A stretch of DNA of 64,000 nt from a virus. The position numbers and the translations under genes are program-made. The notes beneath the pieces are model-generated. The model saw only the letters and a list, made by a program, of their open reading frames with translations, searched no databases and was not told the DNA's origin. This document shows, piece after piece, positions 55,517 to 64,000 of the stretch. Within the stretch, counting starts at the first letter, position 1, and each line of letters begins with the position of its first letter. The stretch spans positions 52,632 to 116,631 of IMG/VR virus record IMGVR_UViG_3300027746_000697. The stretch is one strand, 5' to 3'.

Positions 55517-56067
55517 AAAAAGTAAACAGTAGTCCAGAACGGAATACCTTTCAAAAGGAAGGGTATATCAAGCGCCAGGAAGAGCAAGGGTTAGAACCTC
55601 TTGAAGAATATATTGCAATGTTCGAAACCTGGAAGCAACAAGATGAAGCGAATCTTGTTGATACAAAATGGCAAAAGAACAACATGGAGTACGATCTCCG
55701 TTGCAGTAAAGAGTTATGCGATAAAGTTAAAGAAAGTGACAACTATGCACAAAACTTGTATGCCGCAATGTGTAACATGGATTGGCAAAGTAGAGAGTTT
55801 TGGCAGGAAATGAAAGGCGAAACTTGGAGTTGCAGTTGGCGCCATGCTGGTGGTATAATTGCTGACATGCGAGAAGAAGGCGACTACATTGATTGGTATT
55901 GTAGTGGCATTGGTAATGAAGAATACGGAAACGGATTGGACGGTACAGTGCCGGACGTTACTGATGGCCGTGATTATGTGCCAGAAGGTGTAGTAACTGA
56001 AGAAATTGAATTGGACTTAAACCAGTTGGGTTGGCGGCCAGTTCCTTATACTGATGAAAAACTATAA
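55513..56067 (+). CDS. Hypothetical acidic protein
   Basis: Coupled ORF. Confidence 0.7.
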   Translation: MKKVNSSPERNTFQKEGYIKRQEEQGLEPLEEYIAMFETWKQQDEANLVDTKWQKNNMEYDLRCSKELCDKVKESDNYAQNLYAAMCNMDWQSREFWQEMKGETWSCSWRHAGGIIADMREEGDYIDWYCSGIGNEEYGNGLDGTVPDVTDGRDYVPEGVVTEEIELDLNQLGWRPVPYTDEKL

Positions 56068-56080
56068 AGTAAATACTGTT

Positions 56081-56251
56081 ATGGAAAAACTAACATTTTT
56101 AGCAGAAGAGATTTTTGAAGACATCCCTGGAGATCCGGACAATGTCATGATGAAGATCCCTCCAGAGATTCTTGAACGTAATGGATGGAAGGAAGGAGAT
56201 ACTTTGAATATTAAAGTTGAGGACGGCGCCATTGTAATTTCTAAAGTATGA
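56081..56251 (+). CDS. AbrB/MazE-like DNA-binding protein
   Basis: [15 protein letters not shown]. Confidence 0.7.
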   Translation: MEKLTFLAEEIFEDIPGDPDNVMMKIPPEILERNGWKEGDTLNIKVEDGAIVISKV

Positions 56252-56466
56252 GTAAAGAAGACATTATTGAATTAACTGGAGTAGTTGAGGAAGTATTGCC
56301 TGCAAGCATGTTTAGAGTCAAGGTAGACAACATGCCTCATATTTTACTTTGCTACATGGGTGGCAAGCTGAAACAGCATAAGATTAGGATCATTTTAGGC
56401 GACAAAGTGAAACTTGAAGTTAGCCCATATGACTTAACCAAAGGAAGAATTATATTTAGGTTATAG
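56248..56466 (+). CDS. infA: Translation initiation factor IF-1
   Basis: [32 protein letters not shown]. Confidence 0.95.
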   Translation: MSKEDIIELTGVVEEVLPASMFRVKVDNMPHILLCYMGGKLKQHKIRIILGDKVKLEVSPYDLTKGRIIFRL

Positions 56467-56467
56467 T

Positions 56468-57136
56468 ATGAACACAGTGATGGAAACGGTTGGTGCTGTT
56501 TGCAATCAAGTTAGAAGTAAAAGTAAACACGGCTCCAGTTTCCAAAACTTGTTAGTGTTAGTTCGAAGAGAATTTCGTCTTGCAGATTTTAATTTAAAAA
56601 TTAAATCCACCAGAGATAAAACACTGGGCCCAGAAGAATTCTACGTCAATGCATATTATGATGCTGAAGACGACCAAAACAAAGAAACCCCCATAGAAGT
56701 TGTGGTGCATCATAATTTTGATAATACTGTGTTGTGGGATCCATTACACACTACAGATTTTTTGATTCAGATATTTGATGCCACTGTACACGAATTCAAA
56801 CATCAAAGACAAAGCGTCAAACGTAAGTATCGCATCTATTCAGATTACATCAAACAACCCTACAAAGACTATTTAGAAGAAGACGACGAGATTGATGCCT
56901 ATGCATTTAGCATTGCTGTTGAACTGTGTCGTACTTTGGGCAAGTATCGTGCGTTGCGTTATATGCACAAAATGTCAGCACTGGCCAAATTAAAATTCAA
57001 TGGCAAATATGTTAGCCCCTGTTTGGCTTCTTATTTTGGACAGTTTGGAGATTTAACCAATCCAATAATTAGGCGTTTAACCAAAAAAGTATATGTGCGA
57101 TTACAAAAGATTGACACGGATGCGGTTTTCGTGTAG
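56468..57136 (+). CDS. HEXXH metallopeptidase-like hypothetical protein
   Basis: HEFKHQRQ..EIDAYA. Confidence 0.6.
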   Translation: MNTVMETVGAVCNQVRSKSKHGSSFQNLLVLVRREFRLADFNLKIKSTRDKTLGPEEFYVNAYYDAEDDQNKETPIEVVVHHNFDNTVLWDPLHTTDFLIQIFDATVHEFKHQRQSVKRKYRIYSDYIKQPYKDYLEEDDEIDAYAFSIAVELCRTLGKYRALRYMHKMSALAKLKFNGKYVSPCLASYFGQFGDLTNPIIRRLTKKVYVRLQKIDTDAVFV

Positions 57137-57172
57137 AATACAAAGTATATTAACTCACACACAGAGAGCGAA

Positions 57173-57862
57173 ATGTCCAAAAAAGAGTTTCCAACCCAAC
57201 AAGTTCTAGAGCTGGCTTGTGCGGCACAACGAGTAAATGGTGCTTACATCAAAGAAACCGAATCTGTTTATGCAGACGGAGTGTACATGTACACCAAAGA
57301 AACCAACAAGATGCTGATGCTTTGCACCTTAGATCCAGCTATTTGGACAGCTGATCCAACAGCCGCTCCAATGCCACTTCGAGTCATGCCTGAGGATACT
57401 GCACAAGCAGAAGAAATCCGCAAGCACTTTCGAAAATTCTTGTTCAGTGCTATCGAAGGCGAAAATGATTTCCAGACCAGCATCAACACTATCCTTAGCG
57501 GAGAAACAGTCAAACAAAACCAATTTGGTTATGTGGCCTGCTTGCCCAGTGTTTATGGAAGAGACGTTGCACAAACCAAAGTCAAACGAGCCGCAAGGTC
57601 AGTTGAAGAAGGATACTTGGCGGACATTGGCAGTAACGTTAAAGACTTAGATGCAGAAATAATTTCATCAGTTAAGTCAAAAAACTTTGAAGGCTGGAAT
57701 ATAGATGCTATAATTAACAATAGGATGGCGTCTTGGCTTAACAAAACTAACCTTAACACGGGAGCATGTGTTGTAGTCAAGGCCAAAGTTAAAGATCATT
57801 CTAAGCATTGGAAGCACGGTAACGACGTAACTAGACTTAATTATGTAAAGGCGGCACAATGA
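57173..57862 (+). CDS. Hypothetical protein with possible C-terminal OB fold
   Basis: Sigma70 promoter at about 57111. Confidence 0.7.
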   Translation: MSKKEFPTQQVLELACAAQRVNGAYIKETESVYADGVYMYTKETNKMLMLCTLDPAIWTADPTAAPMPLRVMPEDTAQAEEIRKHFRKFLFSAIEGENDFQTSINTILSGETVKQNQFGYVACLPSVYGRDVAQTKVKRAARSVEEGYLADIGSNVKDLDAEIISSVKSKNFEGWNIDAIINNRMASWLNKTNLNTGACVVVKAKVKDHSKHWKHGNDVTRLNYVKAAQ

Positions 57863-58077
57863 CATATTCTTGGATTTTAATCATAGCAATGTATAGCCCT
57901 GCTGGAGACTTCATGGGGAAGAATACTGTGGGTTTCAATAGTCAAAAAGAATGCGAAGCAGTAAAAGTACAATTGGCTAATTTAGATCATCCTATGAAAG
58001 TAAGTCATAAGGGATTATGTGTAACTCGGGACCACTGGGAAGGTAAAAAGAAAATGCCTGGTGTACATTTGGATTAA
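57859..58077 (+). CDS. Hypothetical protein
   Basis: Coupled ORF. Confidence 0.6.
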   Translation: MTYSWILIIAMYSPAGDFMGKNTVGFNSQKECEAVKVQLANLDHPMKVSHKGLCVTRDHWEGKKKMPGVHLD

Positions 58078-58079
58078 TT

Positions 58080-58247
58080 ATGAAAATTAAATTTGATAAA
58101 AATACCATGCCAGACGAACTGTACAATTCATTGCTACAACATTTTGTAAATGAAGCAGTTGGACTTGGTGTAGAGGTTGATAAATTTACTCAGTTTAACA
58201 ACTGGGTAGTCGAATGTGAGTGCGACTCCAAAGAAGCAGTTCATTAG
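58080..58247 (+). CDS. Hypothetical protein (55 aa)
   Basis: Fills the gap; not in the ORF track. Confidence 0.55.
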   Translation: MKIKFDKNTMPDELYNSLLQHFVNEAVGLGVEVDKFTQFNNWVVECECDSKEAVH

Positions 58248-58255
58248 GAAAATAT

Positions 58256-58870
58256 ATGAAACAAGAACTAGATAAATTGTTGTGCGAAAAGTATCCCAAG
58301 ATGATGATTAACCGTCACAAGCCCATGATGGAAACTTGTATGTGTTGGGGGTTTGAATGTGGAGATGGGTGGTTCAATATCCTTGACCAACTTATGGGCA
58401 ATATTCAACATCACATCGACTGGAAAGAAAAACAGCGCAAGTGGACTATGGAATATAACGAAATGGCCGCACAGGCCAAGGCTGGAAACTTTGAACTGTT
58501 TGAAGAAACTATGAAAGCTCAGCCTGATGACGAGTACAAAGAAAAACGACTAGGAGAAATTGTTGCTGGAGATTTTAGAGAAGTTCCAGAATCGATTCCC
58601 CAAGTGACCTTGGACCAAATCAAAGAAAAATTTGGTACACTGAGATTTTATTACTCGGGTGGTGATGATGTAATTGACGGCATGGTACGTATGGCAGAAA
58701 GCATGACTGAAGTTACCTGTGAAGAATGTGGTAACGTTGGTGAACGTCGAGGTGGTGGATGGGTGCATACATATTGTACACCATGTGAAGAAGCACGTGA
58801 ACTAGCACGGCAAAAGGCAAACGAAGAATACGAATTTAAAAAAATACTCAAAGAAGGAAACGAACAATGA
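58256..58870 (+). CDS. Phage hypothetical protein with C-terminal Zn ribbon
   Basis: QIKEKFGTLRFY..CEECG..C..C. Confidence 0.75.
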   Translation: MKQELDKLLCEKYPKMMINRHKPMMETCMCWGFECGDGWFNILDQLMGNIQHHIDWKEKQRKWTMEYNEMAAQAKAGNFELFEETMKAQPDDEYKEKRLGEIVAGDFREVPESIPQVTLDQIKEKFGTLRFYYSGGDDVIDGMVRMAESMTEVTCEECGNVGERRGGGWVHTYCTPCEEARELARQKANEEYEFKKILKEGNEQ

Positions 58871-59043
58871 TGGAAAAGTTTTTTGAATGGTTTGGTCGGC
58901 ACCGTGAGCCGATTGGTTATACTGTGGGCGGCATCAATCTACTTAATGGCTTTGTTGGCATTATTTCAGGTAATGTGGTCAACGGTATTTGTTGGATACT
59001 GCTGGGTTCAGCTATTATTTTTGATACAAGGATGTTCAAATGA
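58867..59043 (+). CDS. Small membrane protein
   Basis: MMEKFFEWF..; ATGA overlaps at both ends. Confidence 0.55.
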   Translation: MMEKFFEWFGRHREPIGYTVGGINLLNGFVGIISGNVVNGICWILLGSAIIFDTRMFK

Positions 59044-59654
59044 TTACGATGAAAGAATGGATGGAATTGGTTGACTACAAAATCACCGAAGGCGGCGATT
59101 ATGGTTGGGGTTGTTATGGACCAAATAGCTATACACTGGATAGCTGGAACGGTGTTCACGGCAAGGGAGGATACAGTTTTAGTATTGTGTTCAGTACCAA
59201 GAGCCAAAAGGTCTACGAAGTCAGCATGTGTGACTATACCAATGACCGTGCCTACCGAATGATCAATCCTAAAAATGTTGAAAAGCATCGTAAGGAAGCT
59301 GAACATAGAAGTGTACTAGAAAATCAAGCATGGGATGATGTGGACTATGTGGATTTGGATGTGGTAGACGACTTTATCCAAAAGGCACTGGCCATTCGGG
59401 CGGGCGAGTCTTACGATACCCGTGTACAAGTTCCGGTTGACTTTTCGGACGAAGAACTGTTACAATATATGAAAATAGCACACGAGCGTGATATAACCTT
59501 TAACGAACTTGTTGAAGATGCATTGCGTCATGCTATTGGTGAATACGAGGCGGGCCGTCTTACTAAAGATGATGCTCAAAAATTTAAACTAGAAAGAGAA
59601 ACGGCATGGCCGTTTGAGAAAGAAGAAAGCGATGAAGATAAAGCTGGTCAGTGA
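59040..59654 (+). CDS. Hypothetical protein
   Basis: Coupled ORF. Confidence 0.7.
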   Translation: MITMKEWMELVDYKITEGGDYGWGCYGPNSYTLDSWNGVHGKGGYSFSIVFSTKSQKVYEVSMCDYTNDRAYRMINPKNVEKHRKEAEHRSVLENQAWDDVDYVDLDVVDDFIQKALAIRAGESYDTRVQVPVDFSDEELLQYMKIAHERDITFNELVEDALRHAIGEYEAGRLTKDDAQKFKLERETAWPFEKEESDEDKAGQ

Positions 59655-60513
59655 CCTCCACTTAGAGTTCAGTGACGTCAATATTGTTAATGATCAGAAC
59701 TATGATGTTTTGATCCTAGGTGGTGATATTTGTATTGCCCAGGATCTCCACGACCATATGGAACTGCCCAGCTACAATATGTACGGAGTCATTCCGGATC
59801 TGAGTCGTAAGCAAGAGCGTGTTCAACGGTTCCGTGATTTCTTCAAGCGTTGTAGTTTTCAGTTTCCACATGTAATTTACATTATGGGCAATCACGAATT
59901 CTATCACGGTAAGTTTTATGCTGGTATTGATTACATGCGTGACGAGTGTGCCAAGTACCCTAACTTTCATATGTTAGAACAAGATACTGTAATCATTCAA
60001 GACCGTAACAAAGAAACTGGTGAAGTGTCTGATGTGGTATTTGTGGGTGGAACACTTTGGACTGATATGAACCGTCGTGATCCATTGACCATGCATGCCA
60101 TTGAAGGTATGATGAACGACTTCCGTATCATTCGTAACGACAAGCGTAACTATGCGCCAATGAGTGCGTTGGATGTTGCCATCAGACACGACAAGACCCT
60201 GGGCTACATCAAGCATATTGTTCAGGAACACAAGGACAAGAAGTGTGTGGTGGTTGGACATCACAGTCCAAGTTTCCAAAGTGTGAATCCAATGTATGCA
60301 CATGAAACACTAATGAATGGTGGATACCACAGTGACTTGAGTGAATTTATTTTGGATCATCCACAAATTGTGTTGTGGACACACGGGCACACACATCATC
60401 CGTTTGATTATGTAATTGGTGAGACACGTATTGTATGCAACCCACGTGGCTACCAAAACGATGGTTACAGCGAAGACACTGGCTGGAACCCCGACATAGT
60501 ATTGGAAGTGTAA
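59632..60513 (+). CDS. Metallophosphoesterase
   Basis: SDLHLE, GGD, GNHE, HH, HGHTH. Confidence 0.92.
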   Translation: MKIKLVSDLHLEFSDVNIVNDQNYDVLILGGDICIAQDLHDHMELPSYNMYGVIPDLSRKQERVQRFRDFFKRCSFQFPHVIYIMGNHEFYHGKFYAGIDYMRDECAKYPNFHMLEQDTVIIQDRNKETGEVSDVVFVGGTLWTDMNRRDPLTMHAIEGMMNDFRIIRNDKRNYAPMSALDVAIRHDKTLGYIKHIVQEHKDKKCVVVGHHSPSFQSVNPMYAHETLMNGGYHSDLSEFILDHPQIVLWTHGHTHHPFDYVIGETRIVCNPRGYQNDGYSEDTGWNPDIVLEV

Positions 60514-61124
60514 TGCTTACAATAACAGAAATGATTCCGTTTAAAGATGCGGTATGGCTTGGAGAGCTCGACGGTGTTGATCTTGGAAAACTACTTGCAT
60601 TAGCCGAGGAGATAAAACAGGATCAACCCGTTGGAGTTTCTGTATCCAATCGGGGTGGATGGCAAAGCAATTCGTTCTGGTCGCACGACGTTGACAAATA
60701 TAAAAACTCAGATGAATTTCAAAATCTACTTAAGGTGTTATCTGGATTGATTCAAAGTGGTGTAGATCACAGTTATAAACCAGATGAACTATTTGAAATT
60801 GAGCCTGGCAACTCCTGGTTCAATTTTAATTTGATAAACAATTATAATGTAATGCACAATCATCCAGGATCGGTTTTTTCATCAGTGGTATATTTGACCG
60901 ATGATAATAGTCCATTAGTATTATCCGATGTGGGCTCTTCAAGAAATACATCAGCAGCCATAACCAAAACTGCCAATATATTCCAAACAGAATTTAAATA
61001 TAAACCAAAAAAAGGCGACTATATTATTTTTCCCAGTTGGTTTTTACACCATGTAGAACCAAACAACAACGACAATTTACGTATTAGCCTTGCAACTAAC
61101 TTCAAAATTCATACGGAGAATTAA
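60513..61124 (+). CDS. Putative Fe(II)/2OG oxygenase
   Basis: SNRGGWQS, HNHP, FPSWFLHHVEPN..RISLA. Confidence 0.85.
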   Translation: MLTITEMIPFKDAVWLGELDGVDLGKLLALAEEIKQDQPVGVSVSNRGGWQSNSFWSHDVDKYKNSDEFQNLLKVLSGLIQSGVDHSYKPDELFEIEPGNSWFNFNLINNYNVMHNHPGSVFSSVVYLTDDNSPLVLSDVGSSRNTSAAITKTANIFQTEFKYKPKKGDYIIFPSWFLHHVEPNNNDNLRISLATNFKIHTEN

Positions 61125-61290
61125 ATGACAACTGAAACTAAACAAGAACCAATCAAAGTAAGCGACATGATTCGAACCACTGCGGAGAATCAAGCAAACT
61201 TCTTATCGCAAATTGCCAATCATATTGACGAACTAGAGCAATCTGTAGTACAATTAACGAATCGCATAGCCGAATTGGAAAGTAAAAGCA

Positions 61291-61605
61291 ATGACGTTGA
61301 ATGAAGCAGATTTGAAGCTATTTAAAAAATGGCTTAGATCTCATTTAAAATATGGACCTGTTACGGTGACCTTTACCAAAAAGGACGGTTCCGAACGGAT
61401 TATGAAATGCACAACCAATCCCACATATATTATGTTCAAGGAACCTGCTTCAGTTGAATCTAAACGAGAAAAGAAAATAAACGAAGATGTGATGCCTGTT
61501 TTTGATATGGAAGCAGGACATTGGAAAAGTTTTCGTTGGGATTCAATTAAATCAGTTTCATTTACCCTAGGCGAAGAATATGAACACAGTAACGAGACAC
61601 AGTGA
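61291..61605 (+). CDS. WYL_2/SH3-like domain protein
   Basis: VTFTKKDGSERIM..VFD..WKSFRWD. Confidence 0.7.
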   Translation: MTLNEADLKLFKKWLRSHLKYGPVTVTFTKKDGSERIMKCTTNPTYIMFKEPASVESKREKKINEDVMPVFDMEAGHWKSFRWDSIKSVSFTLGEEYEHSNETQ

Positions 61606-61819
61606 CAACTGCACTGTTAAGCAGGCAGCAACTGGCAGGGAAGTAGACGGTGTGGTTATGGCTTTCAATGAAGGTCGTAACTTGACTGTGGTAATGAACA
61701 AATCAGTCAAACTGCTGATGAATTGGAATGGCCGAGTGTACGAAGGTCGCGCCGCTGGTATGGACTTTGTCAGCGACGGACCAACTATTAGTAAAACTAA
61801 AACAAGTAGCAGAGGCTAG
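61580..61819 (+). CDS. Hypothetical protein
   Basis: ORF in operon. Confidence 0.6.
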   Translation: MNTVTRHSDNCTVKQAATGREVDGVVMAFNEGRNLTVVMNKSVKLLMNWNGRVYEGRAAGMDFVSDGPTISKTKTSSRG

Positions 61820-61820
61820 C

Positions 61821-62135
61821 ATGAACGCATACATGGCATATTTTGACACATTGGGTTTTGAATGGATCTTCAACATATCTGAATACGAAAAGAAAAAGTT
61901 TTGGGCTGTGCTAAAAGGTGACGAGAAGGTTGACTTCCCCGTACCCAGACATGCTATACTAAGAGCAAGATCCAACCCGCAGAGGTTTCCTGAAATTTGG
62001 GCTTTTGAAAGTGAAATGACGCAAGTTGAGTTAGACGAAATTGCAGAAGAATCTCCGCAAGTGTTAGTAGATGCCATTAGGCGTTGCGGACAAAATGTTT
62101 TTAAAACTTATAAACCTGAAAGCGTGATTGTATGA
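61821..62135 (+). CDS. Hypothetical protein
   Basis: GAGG SD; start MNAY. Confidence 0.6.
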   Translation: MNAYMAYFDTLGFEWIFNISEYEKKKFWAVLKGDEKVDFPVPRHAILRARSNPQRFPEIWAFESEMTQVELDEIAEESPQVLVDAIRRCGQNVFKTYKPESVIV

Positions 62136-62557
62136 AAATTGGACTAAGCTACAGCCGTTGCGTCTTGGACATTGTGGAAGGCCGTGTGGACATGGACGAT
62201 GTGCTGGTGTTGATCACTCGTACAGACTTTGATCCACGTGATGACGAACAATGGACAGGTATTTGGCAAGGATACACGCTAGGCGGCCTGAGCAATCCTG
62301 AATGGGCCAACTATGATTTGAACAATACAGATCACGAGGCCAAATTCCGCAGTGTCAGCTGTATGCTGTACGAAGATGGTAAAATGCATCAACCCAGACA
62401 GTTTGGAGCACACCCACGCCGCAGACCAGAGATTTGGCTAGAAGCAGTTTTGCCCAACAGCGAATTAGAGACTAATCCCACAGCCAAAAAGGCTTGGGAA
62501 AAGTTTCAAATGGTGGCCAGCCTGTCTGGTGTTGACTTAGATGACAAATATCAATGA
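62132..62557 (+). CDS. Hypothetical protein
   Basis: Coupled ORF. Confidence 0.7.
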   Translation: MKIGLSYSRCVLDIVEGRVDMDDVLVLITRTDFDPRDDEQWTGIWQGYTLGGLSNPEWANYDLNNTDHEAKFRSVSCMLYEDGKMHQPRQFGAHPRRRPEIWLEAVLPNSELETNPTAKKAWEKFQMVASLSGVDLDDKYQ

Positions 62558-62823
62558 AGCTGGTAACTATCGCAATTGCGCTGGCCTTAGCAGGGTTATA
62601 TCCTGCCATGGCCGTTGCTGAAACAAAAATTCCATCTTTGGAAGAATTGCGTAGTTACCCAGTAGATTGCAAGTTAAAAGAAAAACAACTTGCCCATTTG
62701 CGCCAAATACAACAGATCAAAAATTTCAACAGTGATCCAGATTTGTTATCCACTTTGGACAAAGCCTATAACAGTAGATTGAAAGCTACCATTTGGTGGT
62801 TCTATTTTGGATGCGAAAAATGA
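62554..62823 (+). CDS. Hypothetical exported protein
   Basis: Signal peptide. Confidence 0.6.
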   Translation: MKLVTIAIALALAGLYPAMAVAETKIPSLEELRSYPVDCKLKEKQLAHLRQIQQIKNFNSDPDLLSTLDKAYNSRLKATIWWFYFGCEK

Positions 62824-63389
62824 TTAAACAATCAATTTTATTGGTGTTATTGGCTACTAGCCAAATTGCGGTTGCCAATTGCAATGTTAGATCCGCAAGT
62901 GTACTTAACGGACAAAATCAAGTTGGGGAAGTTACCGATTTCAAACAAACTATTGTTCCGGGAAAATGCACAGTTCAATTCAGACTCAACGTAAATGGAC
63001 AATGGCACACCGTTGAAGAAACACAGGAAGATCGATGGACCAAAGAAACTGCACTGTGCAGAGATGCTATTCGTTATGCCAAAGAAAAATTATTGGCTAG
63101 CATTGGTGGGAAGTTTACAACGGAAGCAATAACGGTTTGCAGAGAAGGCAATGCCAACACTGAAAGATTATCAAAAGGCTTTGAACCAGTCAAACTTAGA
63201 ATTGGTGATAAGATTTTGGAAAGCGAAGTTGGTAAGAGTAAAATTGAAAACTACTTTACCTACAAGAACCAAACTTGTAGAATGTTTACCGAACGTTATA
63301 CATTCAAAGGTAACCAAGAAATCTACAATGGTGTAATTTGCCAAAATGATAGGATTGATACAAATTGGACCGTGGTGGATAGATGGTAA
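62820..63389 (+). CDS. Hypothetical exported Cys-rich protein
   Basis: Signal peptide, six Cys. Confidence 0.65.
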   Translation: MIKQSILLVLLATSQIAVANCNVRSASVLNGQNQVGEVTDFKQTIVPGKCTVQFRLNVNGQWHTVEETQEDRWTKETALCRDAIRYAKEKLLASIGGKFTTEAITVCREGNANTERLSKGFEPVKLRIGDKILESEVGKSKIENYFTYKNQTCRMFTERYTFKGNQEIYNGVICQNDRIDTNWTVVDRW

Positions 63390-63462
63390 CCAAATGCTTT
63401 GACATTTGACTATAGGTGCGCTATAATACTAACATGTTCAACAAACATAGAAGGCAAACATT

Positions 63463-63591
63463 ATGAAGGCATTTATTTTAGGCACAGTCTTTGGATTGAT
63501 ATTGGCAACTGTTGGATTTTCCGGCATTGCTCGTATGCTTGATAGAGGCGTAGACACAGTTAAAACACACAGTCAGGAGATGGCAAAATGA
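63463..63591 (+). CDS. Small membrane peptide
   Basis: Follows TTGACA-17-TATAAT at about 63399. Confidence 0.55.
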   Translation: MKAFILGTVFGLILATVGFSGIARMLDRGVDTVKTHSQEMAK

Positions 63592-63704
63592 AGATTTTTG
63601 TAGCACTAATTTTGGCTAGTACACTAGCCGCATGTTCAACCGTTTCGGGTATAGGTAAAGACATTTCGTCATCCGCCGAATGGACTAAGGAAAAAATGAA
63701 ATGA
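63588..63704 (+). CDS. Entericidin EcnA/B-like lipoprotein
   Basis: LAAC lipobox followed by STVSGIGKDI; AGGAG SD. Confidence 0.7.
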   Translation: MKIFVALILASTLAACSTVSGIGKDISSSAEWTKEKMK

Positions 63705-64000
63705 AAAATATTTTTATTGTATTGCCAATCGTGGCCGCATTGACTGCTTGCGGTACTACTGACGTTTATCAAAAACGTGCAGACAACGAACGTGAGCGTC
63801 AAGAACGCTATGTTGAAAAAGCCATTGACAAAGCACCCAAGTGGTTTAAAGAGCCTCCTATCAGCAACAGCGCCGTTTTTGAAGCAGGCACTAGTGTCAG
63901 TGCAGATTGGAGTATGGCTGATCACAAAGCCAAGGCAGACGCCTACGGTAAAATCTGTATGGCGGCTGGCGGAACTGCAAGTCAGCAAACTAAAATCTAT
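63701..64000 (+). CDS. Lipoprotein (truncated at window end)
   Basis: LTAC lipobox; frame open to the end of the window. Confidence 0.65.
   Translation, partial: MKNIFIVLPIVAALTACGTTDVYQKRADNERERQERYVEKAIDKAPKWFKEPPISNSAVFEAGTSVSADWSMADHKAKADAYGKICMAAGGTASQQTKIY

Noticed and set aside
63560-63988. Minus-strand 142-aa ORF
   Set aside because: The plus strand carries coupled lipoprotein ORFs with promoter, SD and lipoboxes.
1-64000. Stop-codon reassignment
   Set aside because: Genes are intact in code 11, TAG and TGA end recognisable genes (e.g. infA, clpS), and no CTA or TCA suppressor tRNA was seen.

Overview
The window looks like 64 kb of a large (jumbo-type) lytic phage genome in the standard genetic code. 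The host is probably a Gram-negative proteobacterium, inferred from an OMP beta-barrel, CspA, RpoZ, sigma70 promoters and an rrn-type boxA. Left part (1-12 kb): host-like stress and auxiliary genes (DnaK C-terminus, Hsp20 with a ROSE-like thermometer, ClpS, heme oxygenase plus bilin reductase, desaturase, CspA, a two-piece permuted tmRNA, rubrerythrin/rubredoxin). 12-26 kb: an array of about 34 tRNAs covering all 20 amino acids, interleaved with small structured RNAs and inserted enzyme genes. 26-30 kb: a DUF2828/vWA (Ro60-like) gene, then kinase, phosphatase and phosphoesterase genes. 31-55 kb: a tail-fibre-like gene and a dense island of radical SAM enzymes and Fe(II)/2OG-type oxygenases. 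55-64 kb: small early-type genes including IF-1. Two findings stand out. (1) A 49-codon leader ORF (12354-12503) uses all 20 amino acids and 38 different codons and overlaps an antiterminator/terminator switch directly ahead of the tRNA array; it is a candidate pan-codon translation-sensing attenuator. (2) A seven-member family of small RNAs shares a terminal stem plus a CAGCA motif. One member contains a circularly permuted tRNA domain like bacterial YrlA Y RNAs, three carry anticodon-stem-loop-like hairpins, and four sit immediately upstream of the Ro60-like gene. All family assignments and RNA folds were made by eye, without searches or folding software.
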